From an uncultured delta proteobacterium (GTDB lineage Bacteria > Myxococcota_A > Polyangia > Polyangiales > JAFGIB01): a stretch of DNA of 64,000 nucleotides. Position 1 is the first letter of the stretch. Each line of letters opens with the position of its first letter. The stretch is from positions 672,001-736,000 of the forward strand of contig CAVZVA010000010.1 of assembly GCA_963778655.1 (NCBI GenBank), written 5' to 3'. Below are positions 32,303 to 45,053 of this stretch, one piece after another. A program made the translations under genes and the position numbers. The notes under the pieces are model-generated. The model made no database searches, was not told the origin of the DNA, and was given only the letters and a program-made list of their open reading frames with translations.

Positions 32303-34360
32303 TCAGCCCAGCAGCTCCTTGATCCGGCGCATCAGCTGCGCCTGATCGAATTCGCTCTTCACGATGTAGCCGCGCGCGCCCACCGCCTGCCCGCGGCGCC
32401 GATCCTCGGGCGCGTTGCGCGAGGTCACCAGCACCGATGGAACCCCGCGCAGCTCGGGTTCGCGCCCGGCGCGCTCCACGAACTCGAACCCATCCATGCC
32501 GGGCATCTCGACGTCGACCAAGAACAGGCCATAGCGACGCGCGCGCGCCTTCTGCAGCGCCTCTTCGGCCGAGATCGCCAGCTCGACCTCGTAGCCAGCC
32601 GACTCCAGGATGCTCTGCTCCAGCATGCGGGTGGTGAGCGAGTCGTCGATCACCAGGATCGGCAACCGTTGCGGCGCGGCCGGCGCAGCCTCGGGCTGCG
32701 CGACCTGCGCCGCGCGCACCAGGCCCTCGGGGTCGAGCACGGGCTGCGGGTTGCCCTCCTCGTCGAGCGTGCTGCCGGCGACCACCGCGCTGGCAGCCGC
32801 CAGCGCGGGCAGCGGCCGCAGCACCACGGTCTCCACGCCGAGCAGGCGCTCGACGCCGATCGCCGCCTGCCCGCTCGGCGCCGCGACCACCACCGCCGAG
32901 CGCGGGTGTGCGTGATCCGAGCTCGGGCGCGACAGCCCGAGCGCGTCGCGCAGCGACAGCAGCGGGATGACCTGGCCCTCGAACAGCAGCGCGCTGCCGC
33001 GATCGCTGTGCGCGAGATCGCCGGCCGCGATGCGCTGCGCGCGCCGCACCGCCTCGAGCGGTATCGCTGCGGCCACGCCGGCCGTCTCGAGCACCAGCGC
33101 CTCGATCGCCGCCAGCGACACCGGAACGCGCAGCTCCACCGTGGTGCCCGTCCCGGCCCGCGTCCGCATGCGCGCCTCGCCGCCGACCCGTTCGGCCGCC
33201 GCCCGCACCACGTCGAGCCCGACCCCACGGCCCGACACCTCGGTCACGTGCGACGACGTGCTGATGCCGCCCGCCAGCAGCAAGCGCAGCAGCTCCGCCT
33301 CGTCCGGCGCGCCCGCGCTGGCGGGCAGCGCGCCCCGCTGCTCGGCGGCGCGTCGGACCGCGCCGAGGTCTACGCCCCGACCGTCGTCCTGGCAGGCGAA
33401 GCCCACGCGGTTGCCGTGCCTGACCACGTCGAAACGCACGTGGCCCGCGCCCGGCTTGCCCGCGCGCACGCGCTCGGCCTCGGGCTCGATGCCGTGCGCC
33501 ACGGCGTTGCGCGCGAGCTGCACCAGCGCGGGCTGCACCTGCGCGAGCACCTGCGCGTCGAGCCGGATCTCACCGCCGCGCGCCTCGAAGCGCACCCTGC
33601 GCCCCAGCGTCTGGGCCGCGTCGCGCACGGCTCGCTCCAGCACCGTGAACAGCGCGGCGGCGGGCAGCAGGCGCAGGCCCTCGGCAGCCCCGCGCACCTG
33701 GCGCAGCTCGCGATCGGTCTGCTCCATCGCGCTCGAAAGGCCGCGACCGGCGGAGCCGACGGTGGCGCGCAGCTCTTCGGCGAGCGAAAGCGCGCGGGCG
33801 CCGGCCAGCGCCTGCGCGCGCGTCCTGCCGTCGCGCGTGCTGGGCGCGGCGATCTGCGCCAGCAGCAGCTCCGCGAGCTGCTGGGCGCGGTCCACCTCGC
33901 CCAAGCTCTTGCGCATCGACGCCAGCTGCGCCTGGGTCTCGGCGACCCCGTCGAGCAACGCATCCATCTCCGCGATCCCGGCGCGCGCGATCCGCAGCCC
34001 GTCCTCGCGCGGCGCGGGCCGCGCCGCCGCCGCGCCCGCCGGCGCCGGCGCGTCGAGCGCACTCACCAGCGCCGAGATCTGATCGGTCAGACGCAGGAGC
34101 GCATCGTGCGCGGCCGGCACCAGCGGCTGCGCGCCCTCGCGCAGCGGGCTGAGCGCGTCCTCGAGCGCGTGCGCCAGGTCGGCGATCTCGCGCAGCCGGA
34201 CCACCCGCGCCGCGCCCTTGAGCGTGTGCGCCACGCGGAACAGCCGGCTCACCCCGTCGGCGCCGCCCGTGCCCTTCTCCAGCTCGAGAATGCCCTTGGC
34301 GAGCTGCTCGCACAGCTCGCGCGCCTCGATCCGGAAGTAGCGGTACGGGTCCTCAGCCAT
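32303..34360 (-). CDS. cheA: CheA-REC hybrid kinase (WspE-like)
   Basis: Hpt AHTLKGAA, RNAVAHGIE, DDGRG, SGRGVGLDVV, CheW domain, C-terminal REC. Confidence 0.93.
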   Translation of the reverse strand: MAEDPYRYFRIEARELCEQLAKGILELEKGTGGADGVSRLFRVAHTLKGAARVVRLREIADLAHALEDALSPLREGAQPLVPAAHDALLRLTDQISALVSALDAPAPAGAAAARPAPREDGLRIARAGIAEMDALLDGVAETQAQLASMRKSLGEVDRAQQLAELLLAQIAAPSTRDGRTRAQALAGARALSLAEELRATVGSAGRGLSSAMEQTDRELRQVRGAAEGLRLLPAAALFTVLERAVRDAAQTLGRRVRFEARGGEIRLDAQVLAQVQPALVQLARNAVAHGIEPEAERVRAGKPGAGHVRFDVVRHGNRVGFACQDDGRGVDLGAVRRAAEQRGALPASAGAPDEAELLRLLLAGGISTSSHVTEVSGRGVGLDVVRAAAERVGGEARMRTRAGTGTTVELRVPVSLAAIEALVLETAGVAAAIPLEAVRRAQRIAAGDLAHSDRGSALLFEGQVIPLLSLRDALGLSRPSSDHAHPRSAVVVAAPSGQAAIGVERLLGVETVVLRPLPALAAASAVVAGSTLDEEGNPQPVLDPEGLVRAAQVAQPEAAPAAPQRLPILVIDDSLTTRMLEQSILESAGYEVELAISAEEALQKARARRYGLFLVDVEMPGMDGFEFVERAGREPELRGVPSVLVTSRNAPEDRRRGQAVGARGYIVKSEFDQAQLMRRIKELLG

Positions 34361-35834
34361 GCTGCGCCTGCGGCTGCACCAGCCGCGACAACCCTCGTGA
34401 AAGCCCCGCCAGCTCCGAAGCCGTCTGCAGCGTCTGACCGGAGATCGTCTCGGTCTCGCGCGTGGCCTGCGCGGTGTTGGCGATCGCCACGTTGACCTGT
34501 TCGACGGCCGTGCTCTGCTGCTTGGTCGAGAGCTCGATCTCGCGCGCGGCCTCCGTGGTGGTCGAGACCAACCCGGCGATCTGCTTGAACGCGATCGCCA
34601 CCTCGCCGAACAGCTTCAGACCATTGTCGACCGCTTTGGAGCCGCCCTCGGTGGTCATCACCGTGGTGTTCACGGCGCTGCGCACGTCGTCGATCAGCGC
34701 GCGGATCTCCTTGGTCGATCCGCCGACGCGATCGGCGAGCTTGCGGATCTCGTCGGCCACCACCGCGAAACGGCGCCCGCTCTCGCCCGCGCCCGCGGCC
34801 TCGATGGTGGCGTTGATCGCCAGGATGTTGGTCTGCTCGGCCAGCTCCGACACGATGTCGAGGACGGCGCCGATCTGTTGCGACTTCTTGCCTAGCTCGA
34901 GCATGTTGGTGACGATTAGGTCGACCTGGCGGCGGATGCTCTCCATGCCTTCGCGCCCGCGCTCCACGGTGTCGTCCCCGGACGCGGCCGAGGCCGCGGT
35001 CTGCTCGGCGATCTGCGCCACGCGCCGGGCGCTGTCCGCGATCTGGCGCGAGGTGGCGAGCAGCTCGCTGATCGTGGTCGTGATCTCGCTCATCGCGGTG
35101 GCCTGTTCCTTGGCGCCGGTGGCCTGCTGGTTCGCCGCCGCCTGGAGCTCGGCTGACGAGCTCTGCACCTGGCCGACGGCCGAGCCGATCTGGCGCCCGA
35201 TCAGCCGCGTGAGCAAGAGAGCGATCAGGATCGCGACCACCACCAGCACCAACGCGATCACGGCCACCAGATCGGTGGCAGACGAGGCCGCCTGGGTCGA
35301 GGCGGCGCTGGCGCGCGCGAGCGCGGCGTGCTCGTAGCTGATGAAGGCCCGCGTCTTCTGGTCGAGCACATTGGCCTTGGGGGTCACCTCCCGGTCGAAG
35401 TCGCGCGCGCAGTCTTCCAGCGCCGCCCCCTTCCGGCGCAGCGCCAGCACGGGATCGAGCGCCCGCTGGTGCTCCAGCTCGGCGCGCTCCACCGGCGTGA
35501 CCCAGCGCTGCCCCTCCTCGGCCGTGAGGTCCTTCTTGAGCTCGGCGAGGATCTCACTGAATTGCTCGCGCGCAGCGCTGTTCTCGTCGAGATAGCGCTG
35601 GTCGCCGCTCAGGAGGAAGCCTCGCGCGGCCGCCGCCTTGCGCTGGCCGAGCCCCAGCACGCGTTCGGCATCGACCAGCGCCTGCGCGTTGGCGTGGATC
35701 ACGCGATCCTTGGTGTCGACCACGTGCCCCAGCGCGTAGACAGCCACAAGGCCGATCGCCATCGCCATCGCCACGACGGCCGCAAAACCGGCGCCGATTC
35801 TCTGACCGAAGGTCCAGTTCGAAGCCATGCTCAT
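34353..35834 (-). CDS. Methyl-accepting chemotaxis protein with CHASE3-like sensor
   Basis: Two TM helices, RGFLLSGD..YL, QTNILAINATIEAAGAGE.G.RFAVVADEIRKLA. Confidence 0.93.
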   Translation of the reverse strand: MSMASNWTFGQRIGAGFAAVVAMAMAIGLVAVYALGHVVDTKDRVIHANAQALVDAERVLGLGQRKAAAARGFLLSGDQRYLDENSAAREQFSEILAELKKDLTAEEGQRWVTPVERAELEHQRALDPVLALRRKGAALEDCARDFDREVTPKANVLDQKTRAFISYEHAALARASAASTQAASSATDLVAVIALVLVVVAILIALLLTRLIGRQIGSAVGQVQSSSAELQAAANQQATGAKEQATAMSEITTTISELLATSRQIADSARRVAQIAEQTAASAASGDDTVERGREGMESIRRQVDLIVTNMLELGKKSQQIGAVLDIVSELAEQTNILAINATIEAAGAGESGRRFAVVADEIRKLADRVGGSTKEIRALIDDVRSAVNTTVMTTEGGSKAVDNGLKLFGEVAIAFKQIAGLVSTTTEAAREIELSTKQQSTAVEQVNVAIANTAQATRETETISGQTLQTASELAGLSRGLSRLVQPQAQHG

Positions 35835-36379
35835 CCTTCCTTGGGGGAAACCACGGACCGCAAACGTCGCGCAAGCGCGTCGATCAGCGCGGTGGTCCGC
35901 ACAACCGGGTAGATGGTGTCGCCCGCTCGCAACACCTGGCTCAGCGCCCCGTCATCGCCCAGCGCCTGGCCGGAGGCCGGCGCCAGCGCGTCGAGCGCCA
36001 CCCGCGCATGGCGTTCGAGCGCGTCGAAGGCCAGCGCCAGCGGAGGCGTCGATGCGGTGACCGCCAGCCAGCGCGGCGCGGACGCGCGCGCGCGGCCGAG
36101 CAGCGCGCCGAGGTCGTAGACCGGCAAGATCGCGCCGCGCACCGCGGTCAACCCGAGCTGCTCGCCCAGCGTGCTCGGAAGCGGCACGATCTTGCGGCCG
36201 GCGAACACCCCGGCGATCTCGGAGAGGCGTAGCGCGTAGCCGGTTGCATCGATCCGCACCAGCAGGAAGCCCTCGCTCGCGGTCTCTACGGAGGCAACCG
36301 TCGGCTGCGCAAACGCGGCGTCGAACGCGTGCCGCAGCTCCGCGGCGCGGCGGCTCGGCGCCGGTTCGGGATCGCTCAC
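35831..36379 (-). CDS. cheW: CheW-domain protein
   Basis: YALRLSEI, LGLTAVRG.ILPVYDL; GAGGAGG RBS 7 nt before GTG at 36379. Confidence 0.85.
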   Translation of the reverse strand: MSDPEPAPSRRAAELRHAFDAAFAQPTVASVETASEGFLLVRIDATGYALRLSEIAGVFAGRKIVPLPSTLGEQLGLTAVRGAILPVYDLGALLGRARASAPRWLAVTASTPPLALAFDALERHARVALDALAPASGQALGDDGALSQVLRAGDTIYPVVRTTALIDALARRLRSVVSPKEG

Positions 36380-36458
36380 GGGCACGCCTCCTCAAGCGCG
36401 GCGCGCGCGGCGCCGGCAAGAGCGCCGCGACACACGCGTGCAAGCGCGGCGGACGCCC

Positions 36459-37961
36459 TCATGACTCCGCTCCGACAGCGACCAGCTCAGCGCGACACAG
36501 CGCGACCAGCGCGGCGCGGGTGAACCCGCCGCCAAACAGCAATAGCCGCGCCGTGTCCTCGCGCTGCAGCAGCAAGAGCGCGTCGGCCAGCTCCCTGCGG
36601 GCGCCATCCCGATCCCCGGTCCTGCGCAGCAGCAGGCCCAGGTGCAGGCGCGCCATGGCGAAGCCCGCGTCCAGATAAATGGCGATCCGGTCGTGCTCGC
36701 GGGCGCGACCGAGCTCGCCGCGACCCTCGCAGCACAGCGCCAGCAGGTAGTGCGCGCCGGCATTGAGCTCGTCCAGGCGCAGCAGCTCGGCGCAGGCCTG
36801 CTCGGCGCCCGCCAGCTCGCCGGCCTGGGTCAGCAGCAGCGCGCGCAGCTGCAGCACGTCCGGGTCGCGGCTCGAGGCCGCGGGCAGCGCGCAGACCAAT
36901 GCCAGCGCCTCGCCGAAGCGCTCCTTGCGCAACAGCTCGAGCGCGGGCGCGAGGTCCCATGCGGGCAGCGCCGTCCCCGGCGCGGCGTTCGCGCTCGGCG
37001 CGCTGGAGAGCGCGCGGATGCGGTCGCTGGCGGCGGAAATCGCGGCGACCCAGCCGTCGGCCACGAGCGCCTCCGGCGCGCTCTCCTTTGGCTCGCTCGG
37101 CACCGGCCCCTGGCGCTGCGGCGCCAGCGAATCGCCGGTGCCCTTGAGCTGGTAGTAGAACGCGCCGTGGGTGTGACGCAGGTGAAACGCCTGCGACAGC
37201 CCGCGCAGCGTTTCCGCGTAACCCAGAAACAGGTAGCCGCCGGGCACGAGCGCACGCGCCATGCGCGCCACCAGGGCGTGCGCGCAATCCGGCGTCATGT
37301 ACATCAGGACGTTGCGGCAGAACACCACATCGTAGCGCTCCTGCGGCCAGTGCTCCGCGCAGTCGTCAGCGAGATTGCACTGCTCGAACACCACCGCATC
37401 GCGGATCGAACGCGCCAGCACCCGCTCGCGTCCCTGCAGCGTGAACCAGGTCTGGCCGATCTCTACGGGGGTGTCGCGCAGGGACCACGCGCTGTAGCGG
37501 CCGGCGCGCGCGCGCTGGAGCATGGCCGGGTTGACGTCGATGCCGCGCACCACCACGCGCCAGCCGGAATCGCACAGTCCGTGCAGCAAGATGGCGAGCG
37601 AGTAGGGCTCCTCGCCGGAGGCGCATCCGGCCGACAGCACGCACAGCTCGCGGGTCGCACCGCGCTCCTGCATGCGCGCGGGGACAGCGAGATCGCGGAA
37701 GGCATCGAGCTGCTCGTGGTGCCGGAAGAAGTACGTCTCGTTCACGGTCAGCTCGTCGGCCAGCGCCCCGAGCTCGGCCGCGGGGCCATGCCGCCGCTCG
37801 AGCCGCTCGAGATACGCGGCGCCGGCGCCGCCCTGGAGCTCGAGGCGGCGCTGCAGCACGCCCTCGAGAAACGGCAGCCTGGTGTCGTCGAAACGCAAGC
37901 CGAGCCTGTGCGCGATCGCGTTGCGAAACCGCTCGACGTCGATCCGCGAGGGGTCGTTCAT
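36459..37961 (-). CDS. cheR: CheR methyltransferase with C-terminal TPR (WspC-like)
   Basis: TVNETYFFR, SAGCASGEEPYS, CRNVLMY, LGYAE, TPRs. Confidence 0.93.
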   Translation of the reverse strand: MNDPSRIDVERFRNAIAHRLGLRFDDTRLPFLEGVLQRRLELQGGAGAAYLERLERRHGPAAELGALADELTVNETYFFRHHEQLDAFRDLAVPARMQERGATRELCVLSAGCASGEEPYSLAILLHGLCDSGWRVVVRGIDVNPAMLQRARAGRYSAWSLRDTPVEIGQTWFTLQGRERVLARSIRDAVVFEQCNLADDCAEHWPQERYDVVFCRNVLMYMTPDCAHALVARMARALVPGGYLFLGYAETLRGLSQAFHLRHTHGAFYYQLKGTGDSLAPQRQGPVPSEPKESAPEALVADGWVAAISAASDRIRALSSAPSANAAPGTALPAWDLAPALELLRKERFGEALALVCALPAASSRDPDVLQLRALLLTQAGELAGAEQACAELLRLDELNAGAHYLLALCCEGRGELGRAREHDRIAIYLDAGFAMARLHLGLLLRRTGDRDGARRELADALLLLQREDTARLLLFGGGFTRAALVALCRAELVAVGAES

Positions 37962-38428
37962 GCAGGCTCAATCTGGCCGACGGCCTGCAGCAACTCGTCC
38001 GGAACCAGCCGCGCGCTCTGCAGCACGAGCAGCAGCTCCGCGTCGAGCGTGCCGATCGCGGAGACGGCAAGCGGGCTCGCGCCGCGCAGCAGCGGCGGAA
38101 GCTCCTGCACGCGCGCGGGCAAGCGGCGCACGCCGATCACCGCCTCCACCGCGAGCGCGACGCGGCGCTCGCCAGCCTTGAGGTGAAGGTAGCGCCCGGC
38201 GCCACCGCCGGCCTGGTCGGTGAACAGCGCGCCGGCGTCGACCACGGGTGTCGGCTCGCCGCGGATCAGCGCGACACCCAACACGAAGCTCGGCGCTCCG
38301 GCCAGCGGCACGACGGGCAACGGGCGCATGATCTCGATCACGAAGCGCAGCGCGAGCGCGCACGCTCGGCCCTGGACGAGACACATCAAGCAGCTCGCGT
38401 CCGCCTCCTTGTCGCCGTCGCCGTGCAT
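37958..38428 (-). CDS. cheW: CheW-domain protein
   Basis: EIMRPLP, FVLGVALIRGEPTPVVD, VALAVEAV.G. Confidence 0.88.
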   Translation of the reverse strand: MHGDGDKEADASCLMCLVQGRACALALRFVIEIMRPLPVVPLAGAPSFVLGVALIRGEPTPVVDAGALFTDQAGGGAGRYLHLKAGERRVALAVEAVIGVRRLPARVQELPPLLRGASPLAVSAIGTLDAELLLVLQSARLVPDELLQAVGQIEPA

Positions 38429-38689
38429 CGCCCTCTCCCCCGAACCTGCCCACGTTCGGGGCGTGCGTGCAGAATAGCGCGTGCGCTAGAAAACGTTGCG
38501 CGAGCGACAATCCATCCGCCGCTTCGGGAGCGCGTGTTCAGGCCAAATGGGGTGGTGCGCGCGCCCACCACCGGTGCGCTCTGGCCGCTTCGCGCCCGCC
38601 GATTGCGCTCGCCTACAGGCAACGACATGGCGGTCGCGCCTCGCACAGCAGGCTGCGCGCGCACTTGACCCGCACGCGAGGCCCGCCGC

Positions 38690-40849
<2,160 letters not shown>

Positions 40850-41005
40850 CCTCGTTCTCCCTCCGCACAGGCTGCGACGACCCCCGCCGCAGCCACCGGA
40901 CTCGCCCTCGGAATAGCACCGGATACCCCTCGGGTCCCGTTTCTTGTGCTCTTCGGGCCCACGCGCGGCTGACCCGACGCGGGTGGCGCCGGCTACTGAG
41001 CGGAG

Positions 41006-42031
41006 GTGACCCACGCCGCGCCACGCTCGAGCTCGACGCGCTGGCTGACTTTGATCGGCTGCTGCGTGTTGATCGCGTGCGGCGGCGCCGGAGCCCCGAA
41101 GACCGCGCTCGGGCCGCCAGGCGGCGCGGCCGCGGGCGGCCCGGGCACGACGACGGCGATGGGCGTCGCGGCGATGGCGATCGCGGACGCGGGGCTCGCG
41201 CCGGTACCGTCGCCGGACGCCGGCACCGGCGGCCCGCCCGACGCTGGCAAACCGCGCCCGGACGCGGCTGCGCTCACGCAGGCCGTGGACGCCGGCATCT
41301 TCGGCTCGCCTCGCTGCGCGGGCGCAGGGCTCGCCCTGTGCGACGACTTCGAGAACCCCGCCGCGGGCGGCGCCCCCGATCCCGGCACCTGGCGCGTGAT
41401 CACCAGCTACAGCGGCCAGCCTTCGACGCAGAACCGCGTGACAATCGACGCCGAGCACGTCGCACGCGGCAGCCACGCGCTGCACGTGCACACCGAAACC
41501 CAGGATCCGGTGTACCTCGAGACGCTGCAGCTCCCCAGCCGCGACAACGGCTTTTACGGCCGCGTGCTCGCGTATTTTGCGCAAGACCCCGGGGCGCGCA
41601 GCAAGGGGCACTGGGGCGCGTTCGTGGGGCTCGGCAAGCAGGACACGCAAGGCCAGGACATCGAAGTGCGCATCGGCGGCCAGTTCGACATCCTGGTGGT
41701 CAACTATTCACCCACGGACGCGCTGCAGCTCAGCTCCAGCCGCGACGGCTACTACGACGACGGCGTGAAGCTGCCGGTCGGCGCCTGGACCTGCTTCGAG
41801 TTTCAATTCGCCGGCGCGAGCGACGAGCTGCGGGTGTGGATGGACGGCTCGGAGATCGAGCGCCTGCACGTCACGGACTGGAACCAGTTCGGCCACGGGC
41901 TGGTCGCCAATTGGTCGCCCACCTACGATCGACTGCGCATCGGCTACCAGTCCTGGAACGCCGACACCCCACTCGACGTCTGGTACGACTCGGTCGCAAT
42001 CGACACCGCGCGCATCGGCTGCCAGCGCTGA
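41006..42031 (+). CDS. Secreted/lipoprotein with lectin or polysaccharide-lyase-like beta-sandwich (Cip1-like)
   Basis: LIAC lipobox, LCDDFE, WTCFE, VWMDG, IGYQSW, VWYD...RIGC. Confidence 0.6.
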   Translation: MTHAAPRSSSTRWLTLIGCCVLIACGGAGAPKTALGPPGGAAAGGPGTTTAMGVAAMAIADAGLAPVPSPDAGTGGPPDAGKPRPDAAALTQAVDAGIFGSPRCAGAGLALCDDFENPAAGGAPDPGTWRVITSYSGQPSTQNRVTIDAEHVARGSHALHVHTETQDPVYLETLQLPSRDNGFYGRVLAYFAQDPGARSKGHWGAFVGLGKQDTQGQDIEVRIGGQFDILVVNYSPTDALQLSSSRDGYYDDGVKLPVGAWTCFEFQFAGASDELRVWMDGSEIERLHVTDWNQFGHGLVANWSPTYDRLRIGYQSWNADTPLDVWYDSVAIDTARIGCQR

Positions 42032-42056
42032 GCCGCGTTACGAAACGCGCGCGTGT

Positions 42057-43181
42057 CTAATGGCTGCAGTCCGGGAACTGGGCGTGGCCTTGCGCGTCGC
42101 CGTTGACCACCAGCGACACCCCGTCGTCCTCCAGCACCTGGCCGTTGACGTCGGTGACCTGAAAGTCGTAGCTCGTGGTGCCGGGGTTATTGGCCACGAA
42201 GTAGTCGAGGTCGACCGTGCGCGCGCTCATGCTCTGCCAGGCGCCGCCGTTCTTGCGGTAGCTCAGCGAGGCGATGCCGTAGCGGCTGTTGCGGACCTGG
42301 ACCGCGAGCCAGTTGACGCTAGTGCCGTCCTTGAAGTGATAGACGATCGGCCCGCTCACGTTGCACGGCACGTAGCGCCAGGAGACCGGCGAGGAGTTCG
42401 GGATCTCGCCGCCGTAGTTGCCCGGCACAATCGCGTTGTACGCGCTGTGGCTGAGGTCGATGTGCCCGGCCACGCACTTGGGGTTGGACGCGACCGGACA
42501 CTGATCGAGCACGTGAATGGTGGTCTTGAGCCCGCTCGGCCCCGTGACCTCGGCACACATCCCGCACACGTCCGAGCTGCCGTAGTCCGCGGTCGCCATC
42601 GCCCCATACAGGTCGTCCGAGGGCCACGGCATCGCGCAGTTGCCCAACGCGGTCTGGTCGTACTGGGTCAGCCCGCCCATGTGCGTGGCCTCGCTGCGAC
42701 AGCTGCCGCCGCCTCCCCCACCCGCGGACCCCGCGCTGCCACCCGCGCCCGAGCTCCCGGCCGCACCCGATACACCGCCACTCCCTGATGCTCCGCCTGA
42801 TACACCCCCGGCACCTGATACCCCGCCGGCCGCACCCGATGGGCCACCAGCCCCTGACATGCCGCCGCTGCCGCTGGCGCCGCTCAGCCCCGCACCGCCG
42901 GCGCCGCCCGTGCCGGGCGCAATTCCCCCGGTTCCCGCACCTCCGGTCACGCCTCCAGTGCTGGGATCGATCGTGGACCCGGACGCGGCCGCAGCGCCCG
43001 ACGGCAGCCCGCCGCCCATCCCGCCGGTCGCAGGCGCCCCGACCGTGGCCCCTGTAGTTCGTCCGATACTGCCTGTCCCGGAGCCACCCTCTGTGCCGCT
43101 CGCTTGGGTGCAGCCGACGCAGATCGCGCATGCGAGCAGCCACCACGCGCTCGCCCCTCGCGGCAACCACTGCAAGCCCAT
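42057..43181 (-). CDS. Expansin (EXLX1-like) lipoprotein with Gly/Ser-rich linker
   Basis: CVGC lipobox, GNC, CGMCAEVTGP, DQCP..C..GHIDLS, WRYVPC, FKDG...WLAVQVRN. Confidence 0.88.
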   Translation of the reverse strand: MGLQWLPRGASAWWLLACAICVGCTQASGTEGGSGTGSIGRTTGATVGAPATGGMGGGLPSGAAAASGSTIDPSTGGVTGGAGTGGIAPGTGGAGGAGLSGASGSGGMSGAGGPSGAAGGVSGAGGVSGGASGSGGVSGAAGSSGAGGSAGSAGGGGGGSCRSEATHMGGLTQYDQTALGNCAMPWPSDDLYGAMATADYGSSDVCGMCAEVTGPSGLKTTIHVLDQCPVASNPKCVAGHIDLSHSAYNAIVPGNYGGEIPNSSPVSWRYVPCNVSGPIVYHFKDGTSVNWLAVQVRNSRYGIASLSYRKNGGAWQSMSARTVDLDYFVANNPGTTSYDFQVTDVNGQVLEDDGVSLVVNGDAQGHAQFPDCSH

Positions 43182-43300
43182 CGTCGACACAGTGAGGCCG
43201 GAGCCTGCCAGCGGGTCATTGCGGCCCGGCCATTGCGGCCCAAGACCGCCTGCATTTGGCGGTGGCACGCCGGGCTGCGCGCAAGTAGCCTCTGCCGCGC

Positions 43301-44938
43301 ATGCCCACCCCAGCCACGCCCCCCACGATTGAGGATGCCAGCACGGTGATCGAGGCCGCCTGCGAGCTGACCGGCGCAGCTGTAGCCAGCGCATCCGAGC
43401 TGACCCGCCGCGGCGAGGCGATCGACGACCACCAGGTTCTGGTCGATCGTGTCGCCTACGCCGCCACCGAGACCCGCGCCGCGACCGAGCTGCTGGCGGC
43501 TGCGCGCGCGCACACGGTCCTGCACCCGCTGGCGATCGCCGCCGCGGCCGATCTGGCGCGCAGCGCCCGCGACCGGCTCGAGCCGAGCGCCGAGGAGCTC
43601 GCGCTCGACCCCGCGCTCGCGGCCTTTTCCGCGAGCACCCAGGGCGTGCTGCGGCGCGCGGGCCGCGAGACGCTGGTGCGCGCCAACGGGCGCGCGGTGG
43701 CGCAGAGCGCGGGCCGCAACGCGTGGCCGCTCGACACCACGCTCTCCGAGGTGCGCGGCGCGGTGCGCCAGTTCGCCGAGCGCGAGGTCGCGCCGCAGGC
43801 CGAGCACATCCACCGCGACGACTTGCTGATCCCCGAGCGCTTCATCACCGCGATGGGCGAGCTCGGCTACTTCGGGCTTTCGGTGCCGGAGCAGTACGGC
43901 GGCCACGAGCTCGGCAACCTGGCCATGATCCTGACCACCGAGGAGCTGTCGCGCGCCTCGCTGGCGGCAGCCGGCTCGCTGATCACGCGGCCCGAGATCC
44001 TCGCCAAGGCACTGCTCGCCGGCGGCACCGAAGAGCAGAAGCGACTGTGGTTGCCGCGCATTGCCAGCGGCGAGCGCATGGTCGCCATCTCGGTGACCGA
44101 GCCGAACATCGGCAGCGACGTGGCTGCGGTGAGCTGCCGCGCCACGCACGCGACGCAGGACGGCGTCGAGGGCTTCCTGATCGAAGGCGCCAAGGCTTGG
44201 TGCACGTTCGCCGGCCGCGCCGACGTGATCGCGCTGCTGGCGCGCACCGACCCCGACGCCAAGCGCGGCGCGCGCGGGCTCTCGCTGTTCATCGTGGAAA
44301 AGCCGTCGTTTCCCGGCCACGAGTTCGTCGCCACCCAGGCGCACGGCGGCAAGCTCGACGGCAAGGCCGATCGCACGCCGGGCTACCGCGGCATGCACAG
44401 CTACACGCTGGCCTTCGACCGCTGGTTCGTACCCGCGAGCAACCTGGTCGGCGGCAAAGAAGGCGAAGGCAAGGGCTTCTATCTGCAGATGGCGGGCTTT
44501 GCAGCTGGCCGGTTGCAGACCGGCGGCCGCGCCTGCGGCGTGGCCCAGGCGGCGCTGGAGAAGACCGCCGAGTACGTGACGCAGCGCAGCCAGTTCGGCC
44601 ACCCGATCATCGAGTTCCCGCTGACGCAGTATCACCTGGGTCGCATGGCGCATCGGCTCGCGGCCGCTCGCGCCATCACTTACGCAGCAGCGCGGGCGAT
44701 GGACGAGGACGAGCGCAAGGCCGCGCCGCTCGCGGCCCAGGCCAAGCTGTTCGCCTGCGACGTCGCCGTGGAGGTCACCCAGCTCGGCCAGCTGCTGCAC
44801 GGCGGCTGGGGTTACGCCGAGGAGTACGCGATCAGCCGCTACGTGGTCGACGCGCAGGTGCTGCCGATCTTCGAGGGGGTCAAGCCGATCCTCGCGCTCA
44901 AGGTGGTGGGCCGCGCGCTGCTGAGCGGCGCGGCGTAG
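43301..44938 (+). CDS. Acyl-CoA dehydrogenase with N-terminal extension (Mcd-like)
   Basis: [40 protein letters not shown]; about 140-aa N-terminal helical extension. Confidence 0.9.
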   Translation: MPTPATPPTIEDASTVIEAACELTGAAVASASELTRRGEAIDDHQVLVDRVAYAATETRAATELLAAARAHTVLHPLAIAAAADLARSARDRLEPSAEELALDPALAAFSASTQGVLRRAGRETLVRANGRAVAQSAGRNAWPLDTTLSEVRGAVRQFAEREVAPQAEHIHRDDLLIPERFITAMGELGYFGLSVPEQYGGHELGNLAMILTTEELSRASLAAAGSLITRPEILAKALLAGGTEEQKRLWLPRIASGERMVAISVTEPNIGSDVAAVSCRATHATQDGVEGFLIEGAKAWCTFAGRADVIALLARTDPDAKRGARGLSLFIVEKPSFPGHEFVATQAHGGKLDGKADRTPGYRGMHSYTLAFDRWFVPASNLVGGKEGEGKGFYLQMAGFAAGRLQTGGRACGVAQAALEKTAEYVTQRSQFGHPIIEFPLTQYHLGRMAHRLAAARAITYAAARAMDEDERKAAPLAAQAKLFACDVAVEVTQLGQLLHGGWGYAEEYAISRYVVDAQVLPIFEGVKPILALKVVGRALLSGAA

Positions 44939-45053
44939 CCCACTTCCCGCGGGGCGCGCCACGCCCGCGCGTGCTCGAGCGACGACCTGCGTCGGGGCGC
45001 GCGCCCCTTGCGCGCAAGCCGCTACGCTTTCGCGCGCGTCTTCGCGCTTGCTA

